Positions 49,043 to 60,027 of a DNA stretch of 64,000 nucleotides are shown here, in pieces; positions within the stretch are counted from its first letter, which is position 1, and each line of letters opens with the position of its first letter. Source of the stretch: an uncultured virus (IMG/VR IMGVR_UViG_3300026522_000616) (lineage: Duplodnaviria > Heunggongvirae > Uroviricota > Caudoviricetes); the IMG/VR virus record IMGVR_UViG_3300026522_000616; one strand, written 5' to 3'. The notes under the pieces are model-generated. The model saw only the letters and a list, made by a program, of their open reading frames with translations. It did not search any database and was not told the origin of the DNA. The position numbers and the translations under genes were made by a program.

Positions 49043-50125
49043 TTTTTGAACCCTGACCGGGGACATTTGCCCGATATTGACAGTGATTTTGGTCCTACTC
49101 GTGGTTCAGAAGTATTTGAACATCTGAATAAATTGTATGGAAAAGAAAATTGTTGTAATATCGTAACATTTTCTAATCTCCAAACAAAAGCAATTATCAA
49201 AGATGTTTGTAGAGCTTTTGAAGTACCACTTGCGGAAGTAAATGCAATTACGAAATTAGTTCCTAAAGATGCAAAAGAGTTTAAAGACTTGTTGGAAGTA
49301 GATGAAATAAAACAATTCTTTAATAAACATCAAGGAATCTATCAACATTGTGAAAAACTATGTGGCTCACCGAGACATCATTCACAACATCCTGCGGGGA
49401 TTTGTGTATTGCCATTTCCTGTAACAGATATTCTTCCTGTAGAAAATGCAGTACCAACAGTTAATAATTTTGTTGGGTTAATGTCTCAATATGGTAAAGA
49501 GAACGTTGAAGCAGTCGGAGCTGTCAAGTTAGATGTGTTACGTTTAATCAACATTGAATCCCTATATAATCAAGTGGATTTAGTAAAAAAAGAATATGGA
49601 ATAGATTTAAAACTTGCTGATATTCCATTGGATGATAAAAATGCATGGGATTTAATTGATTCATGTGATACAATGGGTATTTTCCAAATGGAAGGTGCTA
49701 TTGGCAAAGACATAATCAAACAAATTAATCCTAGAAATATTGAGGAACTTTCAGCAGTCAATGCATTTGTGCGACCAGGTACAAGTGGATTAGAGAATTA
49801 CTGTGAAGCCAAAAAAGACCCATCTAAAATTACAAAATATCATCCAAAATTAGATAAATGGCTTGCTCCTACATACGGGTCCATCGTGTATCAAGAGGAG
49901 ATTCTTGGTCTAATTTCAGAAATAATGGGGGTTTCTTTTGGTAGAGCAGATATTTATCGTAGAGCACTTGAAAAACCAAATAAAAAAGGTAACAAAGAAC
50001 TTTTTGAAGATTTCTTGAATAATGGTGTGCAACGTGGCATTGAAAATGGTATACCAAAAGAAGCAGGAGAAAGAATACAGAAAGCAATTATAGATAATGC
50101 AGGTTATCTCTTTAATAAAAGCCAT
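49043..50125 (+). CDS. dnaE: dnaE C-half exon 2 (catalytic palm/fingers)
   Basis: FLNPDRGHLPDIDSDF, HPAGI, KLDVL, GIFQME, RPG, YQEEI, YLFNKSH. Confidence 0.95.
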
Positions 50126-50443
50126 TAACAAAAATGTTGGGTGGCACGGTAGTGTGAATTGCCGTTAAAAATCTATGAAATTGCGGGGACACCTTAAAGC
50201 TATATTGACTACAACGGAATTTGTAAAAATAAACGTGATAGTTGCGAAAGCAGAAAAAATAATATGGATGATATATGGTTAAATCCTAAGTATTGTTGTA
50301 ATAGGCAATCCGCATCCAAATATCCATTTATATGGATAGAGGTTCAGAGAGTATAATATAGACATCTTTATTATAAAGATGATTGTGTACTCCAAACCAT
50401 AACACATAAATTTTGTGGTCTGTGAAAGCAGATGTGGTAAAAG
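50126..50443 (+). ncRNA. Group I intron (ORF-less, 318 nt) in dnaE
   Basis: Exon ends GCCAU and pairs with GUGGC (50141-50145); P AATTGCGGGGA, Q AATCCGCA, R GTTCAGAGAGTA pairing with TACTC; terminal G; splicing gives FNKSH|SIAYSYISYWTAYIKANFP. Confidence 0.93.
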
Positions 50444-51607
50444 TCAATTGCATATAGTTATATCTCATATTGGACTGCGTATATTAAAGCCAATTTCCCA
50501 TTGGTATTTTATATTTCATTATTTAATACTGAACCTGTTTCTAAATTGCAAGACTGTATTCAAGAAGCAAAAAAACATGGAATTAAAATTGAACCGCCTG
50601 ATATGTCAAAATCTAAATTTGAATCTACCATTGAAGATAAAGAAAACATGGTAATTCGTATGGGATTGAATTGTGTAAAAGGTATTGGTGATAAAGCCGT
50701 TGAAGAAATTACACCAAACCAACCTTATACAGATTTCCATGATTATTTTGAACGTGCAGGTAAAGGTGCAGGTAAAGGTGTAGTTGAAGCAGGAATTAAA
50801 ATTGGTGCTTTTGAATTTATGCCATTGATTGTTGATAAATCTTTAATTAAAGATAATCATTTAACAATTGAAGAAAATGATGAAAATACGGTTAAAGTAT
50901 ATATGAATCGTTCTCAACAAATGGTATGGTATCAATCGTATTTAGATAATAAGTCTAAAAAATCTGTTCCTAATTATGCAATACCAAAAGATATTTTGAG
51001 TGGAGAAATTCAAATGAAATTCGCAGATGATTTTGAGAATGAAAATGTAATTATTGAAAAAGATAATACAATTATTATTCCTGAAAATCATTTGGAAGAA
51101 TTTGAATTAAAATTAAATAATGTGGAACAATATAAAACTAGGAAGAAACCTAAAGGAAAATTCAAGGTTCAAAAAGATACTAGAAAGATTTTACCTGAAG
51201 AAAAAGCCTTTGAAAAATCATATGATGATATTTGTCATGTAAAAGAAAATAAAATTCAACAATACCTAGATGATATGGATAATTTTGAATTATCATTTAT
51301 TCCACATCCCTTTGAAAAAGCAAACCATTTAATTCCTTTATTGGAAAACGTGGAAGATGGTAAAAAAGTTAGAACGGCAGGAATTGTTGTAGATATTATT
51401 ACAAGACAGACAAAAAAAGGAAAGCCTTTTTATAATGTTGTTCTACAAACACCTAGAGAAAAACAAAGATTGACTGTATGGAGTAATATATTTATTCAAA
51501 ATAAAGAATTGCTTCAAAAAAATTCTTTGGTAAAAGTAATTGGTACAAAAGGATTTGGTGGATTAACTGCTGAAGCATTTGTTCCTTCAAAACAGAATAA
51601 ACATTAA
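50444..51607 (+). CDS. dnaE: dnaE C-half exon 3 (HhH and OB-fold region)
   Basis: SIAY..ISY.TAY.KAN.P, PPD.SKS, IRMGLNCVKGIG, C-terminal OB fold. Confidence 0.92.
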   Translation, partial: SIAYSYISYWTAYIKANFPLVFYISLFNTEPVSKLQDCIQEAKKHGIKIEPPDMSKSKFESTIEDKENMVIRMGLNCVKGIGDKAVEEITPNQPYTDFHDYFERAGKGAGKGVVEAGIKIGAFEFMPLIVDKSLIKDNHLTIEENDENTVKVYMNRSQQMVWYQSYLDNKSKKSVPNYAIPKDILSGEIQMKFADDFENENVIIEKDNTIIIPENHLEEFELKLNNVEQYKTRKKPKGKFKVQKDTRKILPEEKAFEKSYDDICHVKENKIQQYLDDMDNFELSFIPHPFEKANHLIPLLENVEDGKKVRTAGIVVDIITRQTKKGKPFYNVVLQTPREKQRLTVWSNIFIQNKELLQKNSLVKVIGTKGFGGLTAEAFVPSKQNKH

Positions 51608-51752
51608 AAATATAAAGACTAGATTACAATCTAGTCTTTTTTATTTATAAAAGATAATGAAATAAGAAACAAGGAATATATTATTTAAATTTTAGAAAAC
51701 AAATATGAAATATTTTTCATTTTATATACACTAAAATGAGGTGAATACATAT

Positions 51753-54700
51753 ATGAATAAGCCAATTAAAGGTGATGGATTCCGTAGAGGACAATACGCA
51801 CACGTTATGTTCCAAGCTAGTGCAAATGATGTTCCTGATATGCGAATCAAAGTTAATGAAGGTTCATTTTGGGTAAACAACAAACAATTAGTGGAATTTA
51901 GTGGCGGACAAAGCCCTGTTATTGAAGCTCCATTAAGCGGTGCAAAATGGGTTTTAGTCGCTATTAATAAATTAGGAAAGATTGTTCTTTATAATGGACA
52001 CGCCGTACCAAATAACCCTGATGCTCCATATATTGATAAAAACGTTTTGCCAATTGCTTTTGTTTATATTAAATCTTCAACAAAAGTAATTACAAACGAT
52101 ATGATTTATGATGCTCGTCCGCTTTATGCAGCAGGTGGTTATCCTGAACAACATAATTTACTTGATGGGCGTGATGCAGAAGATTGCCATCCAATTCAAG
52201 CTATTACAGGATTACAAGAAGCATTAGATAATCGTCTTACATTAGAAGATGCTGACCAACGTTTCTATCAGAAAGCAGATAGTGATGGTACAACAGAAGC
52301 TAATTTTGTTTTAAATAAAGATGATAATGGTACACCTGTTGAATATTGTGGTATTCGTGTCAATCGTGGTGCTCAGCCACAAGTAGGTTTACGTTATAAT
52401 GAAGATGTAGACCAATGGCAGTATACAAATGATGGTACAACATGGCATCCATTTGGTAACGACGTTGATTTATCTGACCTTGCTACACAATATTCCGCAG
52501 GTATTACACAACTTTCTGTTGACCCTGTAGACGCTAAACATCCAATTGCCGTTGGTGATAATGACCCACGTTTAGCAGAAATTAATAAGAAAGTAAGTAA
52601 AGATGAATTAAAGAATACTGTATATACAAAAACTGAAACGGATAAACTCTTAAAAGGAAAAGCTAATGTAACAGATGTATATAACAAAGAAGATGCAGAA
52701 AACATCTTTATGACGAAAGCTGATTTTTCAACATATGGTGGATATACAAAAGACCAATTAAACAGCTTCTTTAATGCAAAAGCAAATGCTTCTTCAGTAT
52801 ATACAAAATCAGAAGTAGTAGATTTGCTTTCAAAATATTATACTAAAGATGAAGTAGAAAAAGCACTTAATGACCATAAATGCAATTGTTGTGGTGGAGG
52901 TTCAGGTAGTGGTAGTTCTTCAGGTGGTTCAACAACTCCTGCTCCTAGTGTTGACCTTTCAAAATACTATACTTCTGACCAAGTAAATGACTTAATTGAT
53001 AAACTTGAAAAACAAGTATATAAATCAGATGTATTAGATACGAAATTTAATACAATTACAACAAATATTTCTACTTTACAAAGTTCTATCAATAATAAAG
53101 CAAATGCAACAGATGTATATAATAAGTCTGTCATTGATGCTAAATTTAGTGCTTTACCAAAGCCAACAACAGTTGATATGACTTCTTATTATACTAAGAG
53201 TGATGTAAATCTTTTATTAGCAGATAAAGCAGATATTAATCATGGACATACTGCTTCTCAAATTTCACAAGATTCTAATCATCGTTTTGTTACAGATGAT
53301 GAAATTACTGCATGGAATAATAAGGCAGATGCATTGGGTTATACTGCTGAAAATACTGCCAATAAGGGTGTAGCTAACGGCTATGCTTCATTAGGTGCAG
53401 ATGGTAAAGTCCCACAATCACAATTACCTCCCCTTACTGCTGGTGTTGGTAGCGGTGGCGTTGAATATTTAGGTTCATTCGCTGCTTTAAATGCTATTGC
53501 CAAACCAGATGTAAATAAGATTTATGTTGTATTGGACGCTTCTGATGGAGATAGTACAGTTCAAAGTGGTTGGGCAGAATATGTATATCATGATTCTTCA
53601 TGGTTAAAGATTGCAGAAAAAGAATCAATGGATGTTGTTGTTGATTGGACAGATGTTCAAAATAAACCAACTAATATTGTATATAAAGATGACACTATTA
53701 TGTCAAATCTTGCTCATACAGGAACAACAGGAGATGTATATACAAAAACAGAAGTTGATAATAAATTAGCAGGTAAATCTGATACAACACATACACACGA
53801 TGGCATTTATGTAAAACCTTCTGCTTTAGCTAATTATGTTAAAACAGATGATAGCCGTTTAGGACAAATTCATGCTGCAACTACATTAGGTACAAAAACT
53901 GTTGATGAAACAGGAATGAAGGATGGATACGTATTAACATATAGCCTTGCAGAAGATAAACTAGTATATAAGAAAACCACGTCTGCTAGTGCAACAACAG
54001 GTGGAAATTCAAACGATAATGTGTTGGGTTCAAAAGAAATCGAAGAACCAACAACAATTACTGATGGTGCTTCTATTGTATATGATAAAACGAAAGATAA
54101 ACTTGTTTATAAGAAACTTCATGAATCTAATCAATTAGGTAATGCTACTGTTGATGAAACAGATATTGGTAAAGATAAATATCTTGCCCATGATGGTAAA
54201 AATAAACTTGTTTATAAGAGTTTACCAACTAATTTATTAGATATTGATAATACAGATATTGCAGATGGTAAAGTACTTGCATATGATTCTGCTAATCAAA
54301 AATTAAAATATGTTGCACTTCCTTCTAATAGTGGAAGTAGTAGTTCAGGTACGTCAACAGGCTCTTCTGTAAAAACATATGACCTTAAATTCCAAGGTGA
54401 TACTAAAGTTGTTGGTAAATATCGTGCAGGTAAAGAAAATGCAGTCAAAGTAACAAAAGTTGATGTAAACAATTATACATTATTAATTGATAGAGATGCA
54501 GATTTGCGTATGTTACAATTTGTTACTGATACATTAACTAGTACAACATTACATTTCAAGTATGAATATACAGATGGAACAAAACCAGATGTTAATAATA
54601 TTCAAGAATATCCTGTTGCACTAGTATCTTATATAGAATTAACTTCTAATTTGTTGCAAAGAACAACAAGTTCTAGTTTCGATGATAGTGCTGATATGAC

Positions 54701-54761
54701 AACATATAAAATTACTGCTCTACACAGTGCTTATCCTGTTCTTGTTAAATTTGTTTATTAA
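51753..54761 (+). CDS. Large tail-fibre-like structural protein
   Basis: HPI.AITGL..ALD, repeated VYTK.E.D..L..KA, H.H, KGVANGYASL...GKVP.SQLP motifs. Confidence 0.65.
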   Translation: MNKPIKGDGFRRGQYAHVMFQASANDVPDMRIKVNEGSFWVNNKQLVEFSGGQSPVIEAPLSGAKWVLVAINKLGKIVLYNGHAVPNNPDAPYIDKNVLPIAFVYIKSSTKVITNDMIYDARPLYAAGGYPEQHNLLDGRDAEDCHPIQAITGLQEALDNRLTLEDADQRFYQKADSDGTTEANFVLNKDDNGTPVEYCGIRVNRGAQPQVGLRYNEDVDQWQYTNDGTTWHPFGNDVDLSDLATQYSAGITQLSVDPVDAKHPIAVGDNDPRLAEINKKVSKDELKNTVYTKTETDKLLKGKANVTDVYNKEDAENIFMTKADFSTYGGYTKDQLNSFFNAKANASSVYTKSEVVDLLSKYYTKDEVEKALNDHKCNCCGGGSGSGSSSGGSTTPAPSVDLSKYYTSDQVNDLIDKLEKQVYKSDVLDTKFNTITTNISTLQSSINNKANATDVYNKSVIDAKFSALPKPTTVDMTSYYTKSDVNLLLADKADINHGHTASQISQDSNHRFVTDDEITAWNNKADALGYTAENTANKGVANGYASLGADGKVPQSQLPPLTAGVGSGGVEYLGSFAALNAIAKPDVNKIYVVLDASDGDSTVQSGWAEYVYHDSSWLKIAEKESMDVVVDWTDVQNKPTNIVYKDDTIMSNLAHTGTTGDVYTKTEVDNKLAGKSDTTHTHDGIYVKPSALANYVKTDDSRLGQIHAATTLGTKTVDETGMKDGYVLTYSLAEDKLVYKKTTSASATTGGNSNDNVLGSKEIEEPTTITDGASIVYDKTKDKLVYKKLHESNQLGNATVDETDIGKDKYLAHDGKNKLVYKSLPTNLLDIDNTDIADGKVLAYDSANQKLKYVALPSNSGSSSSGTSTGSSVKTYDLKFQGDTKVVGKYRAGKENAVKVTKVDVNNYTLLIDRDADLRMLQFVTDTLTSTTLHFKYEYTDGTKPDVNNIQEYPVALVSYIELTSNLLQRTTSSSFDDSADMTTYKITALHSAYPVLVKFVY

Positions 54762-54790
54762 CGAATTGTTGTGAGAGGTGAATTTTAATA

Positions 54791-57310
54791 ATGCAAAGTT
54801 TTAATGGTAAATTAAAAATTTTTAATGTGACTGCCATTGATAGTACAAATCCACAACAATGGACAGTTGAAGTAGCTTTTCAAAGTGCAGATGGTTTTCT
54901 TGATTCTAATATTAAAGCGAATGATATTGTGCTTTTGAATGGCTATAGTGAAGATAATGATGTATGGCAATTTTGCAAATATAATGTTGTATCTGTTTCA
55001 AATTCTTCAACAATAGGTCATAAAACATTAGTTTTACAATTTAATGATACAAGTACTGATGTATATGCTCCTTCCAATGCTGAACCAAATGATATTGCAT
55101 TGATTGGACGTTTGACTTCTGATGCTGGATTTATTATGTTACCAACAGTTGCAGATGGTGTTGATAACGCTAATATTCAAAAAGCACGTAATATTGATTT
55201 AAGTAATCGTGATGTTAATTTTACAAATTATGTAAAACAATTAGTGAAAGATAGTATACCTTCTGATATTGGTGGTACAGACGATACGAAATTACCAATT
55301 GCAGGTGGTACTATTACAGGAAATTTAAAAGTTAATGGTTCTACGGATGTGGCTCAATTTACTGCTACATCAGGCAAAAATTCAGTTTTATTAAATACAA
55401 ATGGATTAACTACCACTATTGAATCAGATTTTGTTACAGATAAGAAAACTGTATTATCTAGTGGAGACGTTAGTGCTTCTGTATCTCGCGTATCAACAAA
55501 TGGTGTATCAAATTTTACAGATAGAGTAAATGGTACTGTTGCAAAGCGTGTAGAAGAAACATCAGCTTCTAACGGTGTTACAAATGAAGTAGATGTAAAA
55601 TCTTCTAACGGAACATCAACGTATGTTGTAAATACAACAGGTAATGACACGAATGTACAATTAAATTCACAATCTACAAGTGGTGTTTCCAAATTAAATT
55701 TAACTGCTTCAAGTGAAACTTCAACAAGTGAAATTAATTTAACTGCACAAAAAATCAATTTAAATGGTTCATCAGTAGTTAATGGTGGCTTAAACGTTAG
55801 CGGAGATATTAGTACAAATAATGGTACTATTACTGCTAAAAAATATTTATCTAGTTCAACAGAAATCACGCCTGATGATAATCAGTTAATTACTAGTGCT
55901 TATTTAAAAGATTATGTATCTAAAAATGGTGGTAGTAATGTTGATACATCACAATTTATCACAGAATCAGGATTATCAAGTACACTTGCAGATTATGCTA
56001 AAATATCTACACTTCAAGACAAAGTAGATACATCTGTTAATTTAAAATTTGCTGAAATTGGAAATTTGGATAATATTGAAGATGGTAAAACCAATCACTT
56101 TGTTACAGCGGGCGAAAAAACATATTGGAATGAAAAACAAGATGCAATTGATACTAGTGTTTTTGAACAAACTATTAAAAAAGGTGTTGCTAATGGCTAT
56201 GCACCATTAAATAATGATAAAGTTGTTCCTAGACAATTTTTGGATTTACCAGATATGAGTGCCATTGAAACACCCGTAGCAACAATGTCAGAAGCTATGT
56301 TTATACAGAAATATAATTATGAAGTAGATGCTTCTAAATTAGATTCATATACTTATACAAAATCAGATAATACGAAAAAAACAATTACTGCTACAGAACA
56401 TGGTTTAAGTGGAAATATTCGTATGGGTAATCTCCAAGGAACATTATTCTTAGTAGCAAGTAATCCACCAAAGATAAAATTAGATACAACATCTGCAAAA
56501 GCTACTGTTGGACAAGATAATGTTGGTACAATTATAAATGAATGGCGTTTTGTATATGTCTACAAAGCATCTCCAGATGATTGTTTTGAAGATTGTAAAA
56601 CATTTTCAGGTAAAGTTGCTCAATGGCCAGGACAACAAATAGCACTTGAATTAGGAATTTATGATTCTACAAATCGTACAATTGTTTCATGGAGCAATTT
56701 AAAGACTGATACATTACCGCAAGTTGTTAAAGATTTAGTTGCTAAAGTAAGCGGCTCTGCTTTTGTTAATGATAATTTGAAAGATATGTTATCAGGAACA
56801 ACAACAATTAACGGTATTGAATTTGATAAAAAAGGACGTGCTACAGGTAATTTCTCCGAAGGTGGTTCAGGTAGCGGTTCTAGTTCAAGTTTTAAATGGT
56901 TAAAAGATGATAGCAAAGGACTTCAAGTTTATTCAGATGCTAAAGATTTAAGTGAATTTACACGTACAACTAAAGGAGCAGATAATGTTTCTTATGTAGT
57001 TCCAAATGGTGTAAACGTAAAATCAATGATAATTAAGATTGATAATTCTGTATTCTCGGCAGATGGAACACAATCACAAAAATTAGTATTTGATGCTAAT
57101 GGAGTAATTTGCGGTTCTGATGTAACACGTTTCCCTGCTTTTGCTTGCTATATTGATGAAAACGGTTTTGATACAGTACAACATGAATATGGTTTAGCAC
57201 AAAATGGTACATTGTCTACAACATCTATACAATGGGATGGAAATATGGATGAGAAATTGAGTTCAATCGTTTCAGGCGATGCTATTGTTTATGTAAGATT
57301 AGATTTTTAA
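54791..57310 (+). CDS. Tail-fibre-like structural protein
   Basis: KLPIAGGTITGNL.V, HFVT..EK..WN.KQ, KGVANGYAPL shared with upstream gene. Confidence 0.65.
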   Translation: MQSFNGKLKIFNVTAIDSTNPQQWTVEVAFQSADGFLDSNIKANDIVLLNGYSEDNDVWQFCKYNVVSVSNSSTIGHKTLVLQFNDTSTDVYAPSNAEPNDIALIGRLTSDAGFIMLPTVADGVDNANIQKARNIDLSNRDVNFTNYVKQLVKDSIPSDIGGTDDTKLPIAGGTITGNLKVNGSTDVAQFTATSGKNSVLLNTNGLTTTIESDFVTDKKTVLSSGDVSASVSRVSTNGVSNFTDRVNGTVAKRVEETSASNGVTNEVDVKSSNGTSTYVVNTTGNDTNVQLNSQSTSGVSKLNLTASSETSTSEINLTAQKINLNGSSVVNGGLNVSGDISTNNGTITAKKYLSSSTEITPDDNQLITSAYLKDYVSKNGGSNVDTSQFITESGLSSTLADYAKISTLQDKVDTSVNLKFAEIGNLDNIEDGKTNHFVTAGEKTYWNEKQDAIDTSVFEQTIKKGVANGYAPLNNDKVVPRQFLDLPDMSAIETPVATMSEAMFIQKYNYEVDASKLDSYTYTKSDNTKKTITATEHGLSGNIRMGNLQGTLFLVASNPPKIKLDTTSAKATVGQDNVGTIINEWRFVYVYKASPDDCFEDCKTFSGKVAQWPGQQIALELGIYDSTNRTIVSWSNLKTDTLPQVVKDLVAKVSGSAFVNDNLKDMLSGTTTINGIEFDKKGRATGNFSEGGSGSGSSSSFKWLKDDSKGLQVYSDAKDLSEFTRTTKGADNVSYVVPNGVNVKSMIIKIDNSVFSADGTQSQKLVFDANGVICGSDVTRFPAFACYIDENGFDTVQHEYGLAQNGTLSTTSIQWDGNMDEKLSSIVSGDAIVYVRLDF

Positions 57311-57379
57311 TCTAAAATAAAAAGGGAACTTATTAAACCAAGTTCCTTTTTTATTATTCATTAAGGAGGTGTATATATT

Positions 57380-58060
57380 TTGAATATTACATGGCAATCA
57401 TATGGTACATATACTGCTAATGCAGATAAAACACAAACATATTCCGCTTGTTTATTTAAAGATTCTATTAATAATGGTAAATATAACCGTTCTAGTGTTA
57501 ATGTGGGGCAAAAAGTATATGGCTATTATAAACAAAGTATGAAAAAAACATTTGGCGTATGGGAAATAGTAAAAAAAGAAAATACAGGCGGTAAAACAAA
57601 TATTACATTACAATGTATTCATCCTGATAACGGAGTACATAAAATAGAAACGTCTTATTTGCCTGTATTTATTTGTGATACTGATAACTTTATAGATGAT
57701 ATTCCAAATGGTTCTGTTGGTGGATTTTCACCTGCATTAACAGACCAAGCAAGAACATATAATTTATTACATCAGCCAAAATCATTTGTTGATGAAATTG
57801 ATGTTAATGATATTATAACAGATACATCAATTGAAGATACAACAAAACAACATTATGCAGAATTAAAGCATACACCACTTGTAAATGATGTTGTTTACAT
57901 GGGAATTAATGGTGTAAATTATTATGAGAATGCAGATGATATGGAAATTGATAGAAAAAATAAACGTATCTATTTTGATACACAAAAAGACGATTTTTCT
58001 TTTGATGATTTAGCTCAATCTGCAACAAAAATAAGAGTGTTTTACCATTATATAGACTAA
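57380..58060 (+). CDS. Putative structural protein
   Basis: C-terminal L...P....V...INGV.Y.E....I.R module as in 7757 and 33835 genes; RBS AGGAGGTG. Confidence 0.55.
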   Translation: MNITWQSYGTYTANADKTQTYSACLFKDSINNGKYNRSSVNVGQKVYGYYKQSMKKTFGVWEIVKKENTGGKTNITLQCIHPDNGVHKIETSYLPVFICDTDNFIDDIPNGSVGGFSPALTDQARTYNLLHQPKSFVDEIDVNDIITDTSIEDTTKQHYAELKHTPLVNDVVYMGINGVNYYENADDMEIDRKNKRIYFDTQKDDFSFDDLAQSATKIRVFYHYID

Positions 58061-58150
58061 ATTATTCTTAATATCAAGAAGGAGATATAAATTTATATCT
58101 CCTTTTATTATTTCCATGATAAAATCATATTATATAATGGTGATTATGAA

Positions 58151-58729
58151 ATGCTTATAGATGGAGAATTAATTTTAGGTTTAGATATTTCAACCAAAAA
58201 CACAGGTTGGAGTATTATAAAACATAATGATAATAAAAATCAATTATTAGATTATGGTTTCATCCCTCGTGGGAAAATGAATATATCTGAAGTTTTAGTG
58301 AATTTTGAAAAAGAATTATTAAAAATTATTGACGAATGGAAACCTGATAAAATTTCAGCAGAAGCACCTTTTGTTGGGAGTAATCGTCAAACCATAGAAA
58401 AACTTTGCTATGTGCATGGGATAATGTTGCTAATAGCTCAAAAAGAACATATACCTGTTACATATTATTCTGTTATGACTTTGAAATCTAGAGTATTAGG
58501 TGGAATTAAATCTAAAAATACAGATGGTTCAAAGAAAACAGGCAAAGAAATGAAACAAGAAGTTCAAGATAAAGTGATTGAAATTTTTGGTAAAGAAAAT
58601 TTCATAAAAGAATATAATGATGATGTTACAGATAGTATTTCTGCAGCTTATACATATATTTTAATGGACGGAAATCCTGTAGAAAAACAGAAAAAAAAGA
58701 GAAAGAAACGTGAAACAACTAAAAAATAA
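58151..58729 (+). CDS. ruvC: RuvC-like Holliday junction resolvase
   Basis: ILGLDIST..TGW, ISAEAPF, K..V.G, DD.TDSI.AA. Confidence 0.88.
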   Translation: MLIDGELILGLDISTKNTGWSIIKHNDNKNQLLDYGFIPRGKMNISEVLVNFEKELLKIIDEWKPDKISAEAPFVGSNRQTIEKLCYVHGIMLLIAQKEHIPVTYYSVMTLKSRVLGGIKSKNTDGSKKTGKEMKQEVQDKVIEIFGKENFIKEYNDDVTDSISAAYTYILMDGNPVEKQKKKRKKRETTKK

Positions 58730-58893
58730 TGATTTTATCAGATTATTTATTCTTGTGTTAAAATTTGCAGGATTAGAAATATTATGTAATATATCATTAA
58801 TTCTTTTATTAATATTTATCTAAGGAAGTTTATACTTCCTTTTTTATTTTATCTGTGGTATAATAGGAAAGAGTATATAAGGGGGAATATAAA

Positions 58894-60027
58894 TTGAAAT
58901 TAATTTGTTTTGCTGATACACACGCAGGTGTTAAAAATTATGGTCGATTAGATAAAAATAGTGGATTGAACGAAAGAGAAATTCAAACGCTAGGACTGTT
59001 GAATGAAGTTGTCGAATATGCAATTAATAATTCCGCAGATGGTGTTGTATTTGCAGGAGATATGTATCATAAGAATATGCCATCACCTACTTTGGTGAAT
59101 AAAGTAAATGAAATTATGGTAAAATTGTCTCAAAACAAAATTAAAACATTTGTGTTAGATGGTAATCATGATGTGTCAAAAATGGAGACAACAAATTCAG
59201 GATTAACGCAATTTGCTACATTAAATATTCCGTTTTTTACACATAGTAGGTTTTACAAGGAAGAAATTTTTGAATGTGATAATCAAAAATATAAATTTGT
59301 ATTTTTGCCAACATATCATACAAAAGAAGAAATACAAGAATATATAAACAAATTAGATACAAAATATCCAACAATTATTATTTTTCATGGTTCTATTAAA
59401 GACGCAGAATTAAATGATTGGAACAAGATGGAATCAAGTACTGCTATTGAAGCGGATACGTTTAATAAAAAAAATATAGTGTCTGTTATTATGGGTCATT
59501 TCCACAAACATCAAATCATTAAAGAAAAGCCATTAATTTTTTATACAGGTTCTACAAATAGAATTGATTTTTCAGAAGAAAAACAAGAGAAGGGATTTGT
59601 GGAATTAAATATTAATGGAACAGACATTGAAGATTTTAAATTTATTAAGTTAAACAATGCACAAAAATTTAAAACCATATATATTAACGCTAAAAATATG
59701 TCTACTTCAAATGAAATTGAACAATCTATAATTGATAAGTTAGATAGTAGTATAAAAAATTCTATCGTAAGAATAAAATTGGATTTAAATGAAAATATCA
59801 TTATTAACGAGAAAAAAATTATTGAATATGCGTATAACAATGGTGTATATTATTTGTTAAAGATACAAAAAATATTACCTGATGTAAAAACAATTATTGA
59901 AGATGGTATAAGTAATATTTTAAGTGTTCAAGATTCATTAAAAAAATATTACAAAGGACAAAAAAGAGAAAAGGAAAGAATTTTATTAGGTTCAAAAATT
60001 GTTCAGATGGTAGAAGGTGATGAATAA
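58894..60027 (+). CDS. sbcD: SbcD/Mre11-like nuclease
   Basis: ADTHAG, FAGDMY, GNHD, FHG, MGHFH, YTGS..RIDFSE. Confidence 0.92.
   Translation: MKLICFADTHAGVKNYGRLDKNSGLNEREIQTLGLLNEVVEYAINNSADGVVFAGDMYHKNMPSPTLVNKVNEIMVKLSQNKIKTFVLDGNHDVSKMETTNSGLTQFATLNIPFFTHSRFYKEEIFECDNQKYKFVFLPTYHTKEEIQEYINKLDTKYPTIIIFHGSIKDAELNDWNKMESSTAIEADTFNKKNIVSVIMGHFHKHQIIKEKPLIFYTGSTNRIDFSEEKQEKGFVELNINGTDIEDFKFIKLNNAQKFKTIYINAKNMSTSNEIEQSIIDKLDSSIKNSIVRIKLDLNENIIINEKKIIEYAYNNGVYYLLKIQKILPDVKTIIEDGISNILSVQDSLKKYYKGQKREKERILLGSKIVQMVEGDE

Noticed and set aside
50415..50654. 79-aa ORF overlapping the intron 3' end
   Set aside because: Out of frame with dnaE exon 3 and no endonuclease motifs; the introns appear ORF-less
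40502..51607. dnaE as a degraded pseudogene, or evidence of stop-codon recoding
   Set aside because: Breaks coincide exactly with intein and group I intron boundaries, and other genes read normally in code 11
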